Assembly (NCBI GenBank): GCA_964035545.1
Contig: OZ037769.1
Coordinates: 17,390,633 to 17,454,632 of the forward strand
Origin: Bugula neritina
Lineage: Eukaryota > Animalia > Bryozoa
Length of the DNA stretch: 64,000 nt
Direction: 5' to 3'
Program-made: the position numbers and the translations under genes
The notes under the pieces: model-generated
What the model saw: the letters and a program-made list of their open reading frames with translations, nothing else
The model's database searches: none
Told to the model about the DNA's origin: nothing
Shown: positions 61,012 to 64,000 of the stretch, one piece after another
How positions within the stretch are numbered: the first letter of the stretch is position 1
Layout: every line of letters starts with the position of its first letter

Positions 61012-64000
61012 GGCATCCCATTGGTACAGCTGCTGGGAGTGCTCATTATTCTTACCAACAGCCAAAACGTTACTAACTATTCCTATTTGATACCAACAAA
61101 CAATTTAATTTCCATACCAACTTATGAAGGATATATAAACGCGGAGGTTGAAATAAGCAACAGGGGTACCTCTGAGGAACACTGTGATCCTAGCGGGACG
61201 TACTGCTACGCCCCGCAAGATAAGAGCATCAATTCATCAACCTACTGCGGCTCTGCTAACGAAACCTGCCACTACCCCTCGTGTATGTTCCCTAAGGATA
61301 GACCTCTAGCAGAGTATCACATGCCAACAGAGCTACAGGTGTACAGAAATGGGTCCCTAACCCAATTCAATGGAAGCCTAGAGGAATGTGGGCTACTTTG
61401 GGCAGATGGGAGCATAGACTATGTAGATCCGATGAATGATACCGAGACGTGTGACCTTGAAGACCTCATCACGTACATCACGCTGACAGGAAGTGAGTTA
61501 GACCGGTTTACAGTCTCGTTCTCGGCCTGGAGCTCAAGGTATTCTCAGTTATATAACTTATAGTTGAACTCGATCTGCTACTCTGAAGTTTTGTAAAAAG
61601 CTAATACTGTAATCGAATAACATAACACATTGCTTAAATAATGCAATAGAAATGGCAAAGCTGTTGTCTGGATGAGGTTTAGCAATGTGATGTGTCACAA
61701 CAATTTAAAAGGGCAATATCTGAATTCTTTATACATGCCCCCCTTTGGTATCTGAGTTGCCTATCCACCCCTTTGGTTACTGTTAGTATTTGTATTTAGT
61801 TGGTAACTCCATATGTCTATGTATGCTCTGTAGTGTAGAGATGATAACTCCTCATGTCTATGTATGCTCTGTAGTATAGATATGATAACTCCTCATGTCT
61901 ATGTATACTCTGTAGCGTAGAGATGATAACTCCTCATGTCTATCTATACTCTGTAGTGCAGATATGATAACTCCTCATGTCTATGTATACTCTGTAGTGC
62001 AGATATGATAACTCCTCATGTCTATGTATACTCTGTAGTGCAGATATGATAACTCCATATGTCTATGTATACTCTGTAGCGTAGATATGATGCCACTAAC
62101 TCTAATATCAGCTGCTGCGGAAGGACTTTTGTACATTGACCTTAGTCCCAAATTCACATTGAATCTAACACTGCAGGTAATTCTAGTAACTAGATGCAAC
62201 TGCTTACAGCGTGCTTATAGTGTGCTTATAGTGTGCTTACAGCGTGCTTATAGTGTGCTTACAGCGTGCTTATAGTGTGCTTACAGTGTGCTTATAGTGT
62301 GCTTACAGTGTGCTTATAGTGTGCTTACAGCGTGCTTATAGTGTGCTTACAACTAGCAGGTGCTCAACCATTATAAACCTACAAGTTGCGGTAAGCTATG
62401 AATCCTCATGCCCAGTTTACAACAGATATCAACTATATTACATAACTTCCTAACATTAAAGTTTGATAGAAAATATTAGTCAACCAATCATTTCTACACT
62501 TTTAGGTACTTTTTGAGTAAATACAGTATTGAAACTATATCTTAAAATATATATTGTATCCTCTTTTACATACTAATACTGACTTTACACTTGAATGTAA
62601 TTCTTTCAAGAACATACGATGCATAATAACATAAAGTGGGCAACTCCAACATCTCTTTATAGATTGTGGGTCACACTGTCTATTTATATCTCAATGGAAA
62701 TTACCAACAAAAGTTTCAGCCAGAATTTTTCACTGGAAACAGCACGATACACTCTGTTGGCGTAGGATCGCGTGCCTTCAGGGGTTCCATACAGGACATA
62801 CAGGTGTTGAACACAACAGCTTCGACCAGGTAAAACTCACCTCAACTTTTACAGTATGTTAGAAACAGTTATGTGTCATGCTCAACAAAGAAGAATTTTC
62901 TTGTGGTTTCAATTTCATTTCTTACTACTAAAGTCTTATTTTTCAACTTAAACAACTTCTTGTAACTTGCGTCTGTTCAAAACATGCAGAACACCAAAAC
63001 GCAGTTAGGTCAATTCCGCTACAAGAACTGAATTAGAGTTTCATTCTGCAATTTTAGTCTCCGACTTCTATTTCCTGGTCACATTAAACACTCGGGCAAT
63101 GTGATGCTAGGAGTGTGGGACTTGTGTAAATCACTTCCTGTATGTTTTGATGGCCTGATTTGGCATCAGATTTTAAAATTAACATAAAATATTTCTACAA
63201 ATTTATATCAATAAGCAATTGTTCTCTTATAGTGAGATCTACGCGATGCAGAAAGGGTTGACACCAGTTCAGCACGTCGTCAGACCCGAGTGTGAATGTC
63301 CGAGGTATTACTTTGACTCATTCAATCTGCTAAACAAAGGGGCTGCGGGTGGCCCAGTTCTCAGTAGCACATGTGGAGATGACTCCCATAGCTCTACCGC
63401 AGGCAGGTTCGTCGAGTCAGATTCTAGTAACGGAAAGTACTCGGTGTTCACAGCAGACGGCTGGATGTCTCCCCTGGTGAACGAGTCAGAAATTACCATA
63501 AGACTACAGCAGTCTGTAACGGTGTGTTTATAGTCTGTTTATAGTCTGTAATGATATGCCTACAGTCTATAACGGTGTATAGTCTGTTTATAGTTTGTTA
63601 CAGTTTGTAGTATGTTTGCAGTCTGTGAATTAGTGTGTGATTTGGTTTGTCTATTACTGAATTATTCTTGGAAGTTGGACATCTGAATTATGCACTAAAT
63701 GAATACATATTTATATAGTTTGGTATAATCACTTTTCTATATTACAAGCTATATAATTTCTGAAAAAAGTATTATTGTTGCAAGGAAAATATGCTGATTC
63801 TGGTGTATAACGTAAATACGAATTAAAGTTCATTTTATTTATGTTTACAAAAAGGTGTTTTTAGTATCTGGAGTCCTCGATGGCCCACAGCCTGTGAATC
63901 TAGAGGTAGAGGTGTATGAGAGTGAGACGAGGCGGGTGGCTATGTATGTTAGTGATGACTGCATGCAAGACTATGGTATAGAAACTTACGATGTACAAGA
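61012..64000 (+). CDS. Usherin (USH2A)-like / laminin-N-terminal-domain protein, 5' part; exons about 61012-61538, 62080-62175, 62663-62829, 63233-63521, 63855 onward; continues beyond the window
   Basis: Hydrophobic signal-like LVQLLGVLIILTNS; LamG-like VYLYLNG..FRGSIQDIQV, then EIYAM..RPECECP, GWMSP..ITIRL, DGPQP. Motif order matches my recollection of the usherin N-terminus (FVGRMQDFRL..EI..HCRCP..WVS..SPQP). Start exon not identified. Confidence 0.6.
61806..62090 (+). repeat. About 41-bp repeat duplicating an acceptor plus exon start (CTCTGTAG|yGTAGATATGAT)
   Basis: About 7 copies; the last one opens the coding exon. Confidence 0.85.
62200..62351 (+). repeat. 11-bp tandem repeat (GTGCTTA(T/C)AG(T/C))
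   Basis: Directly visible just downstream of a donor. Confidence 0.85.

Overview
AT-rich, intron-rich animal (invertebrate-like) genomic DNA, not prokaryotic. Gene models were assembled by eye from GT-AG exons. In order: a single-pass tyrosine kinase with almost no ectodomain (+); holocarboxylase synthetase/biotin-protein ligase (+) with an antisense 5'-truncated LINE next to one splice acceptor; a biotinidase/vanin-family amidase (+); an orphan single-TM gene (-) whose intron holds a 2.6-kb CACAG-ended DNA transposon; two tandem, differently diverged SMUG1 uracil-DNA glycosylases (-); UBA6 (+), head-to-head with SMUG1; two tandem paralogues of a secreted, probably GPI-anchored EGF/DOMON (nahoda-like) protein (-); and the 5' part of an usherin-like gene (+). 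The main candidate novel system is the EGF/DOMON pair. Each mature protein should begin with His1 and carries LPMO-like motifs (PCG, WHLGYPHxG, CxxCTL, FWTCADV), fused to two DOMON domains that keep Met/His heme ligands. This suggests a surface-tethered histidine-brace copper domain with its own built-in cytochrome electron donors. Two genome-architecture signals also stand out: many introns carry private minisatellites seeded on their own splice sites, creating decoy donors and acceptors, and 'drifting hexamer' tracts sit at several gene 5' ends.
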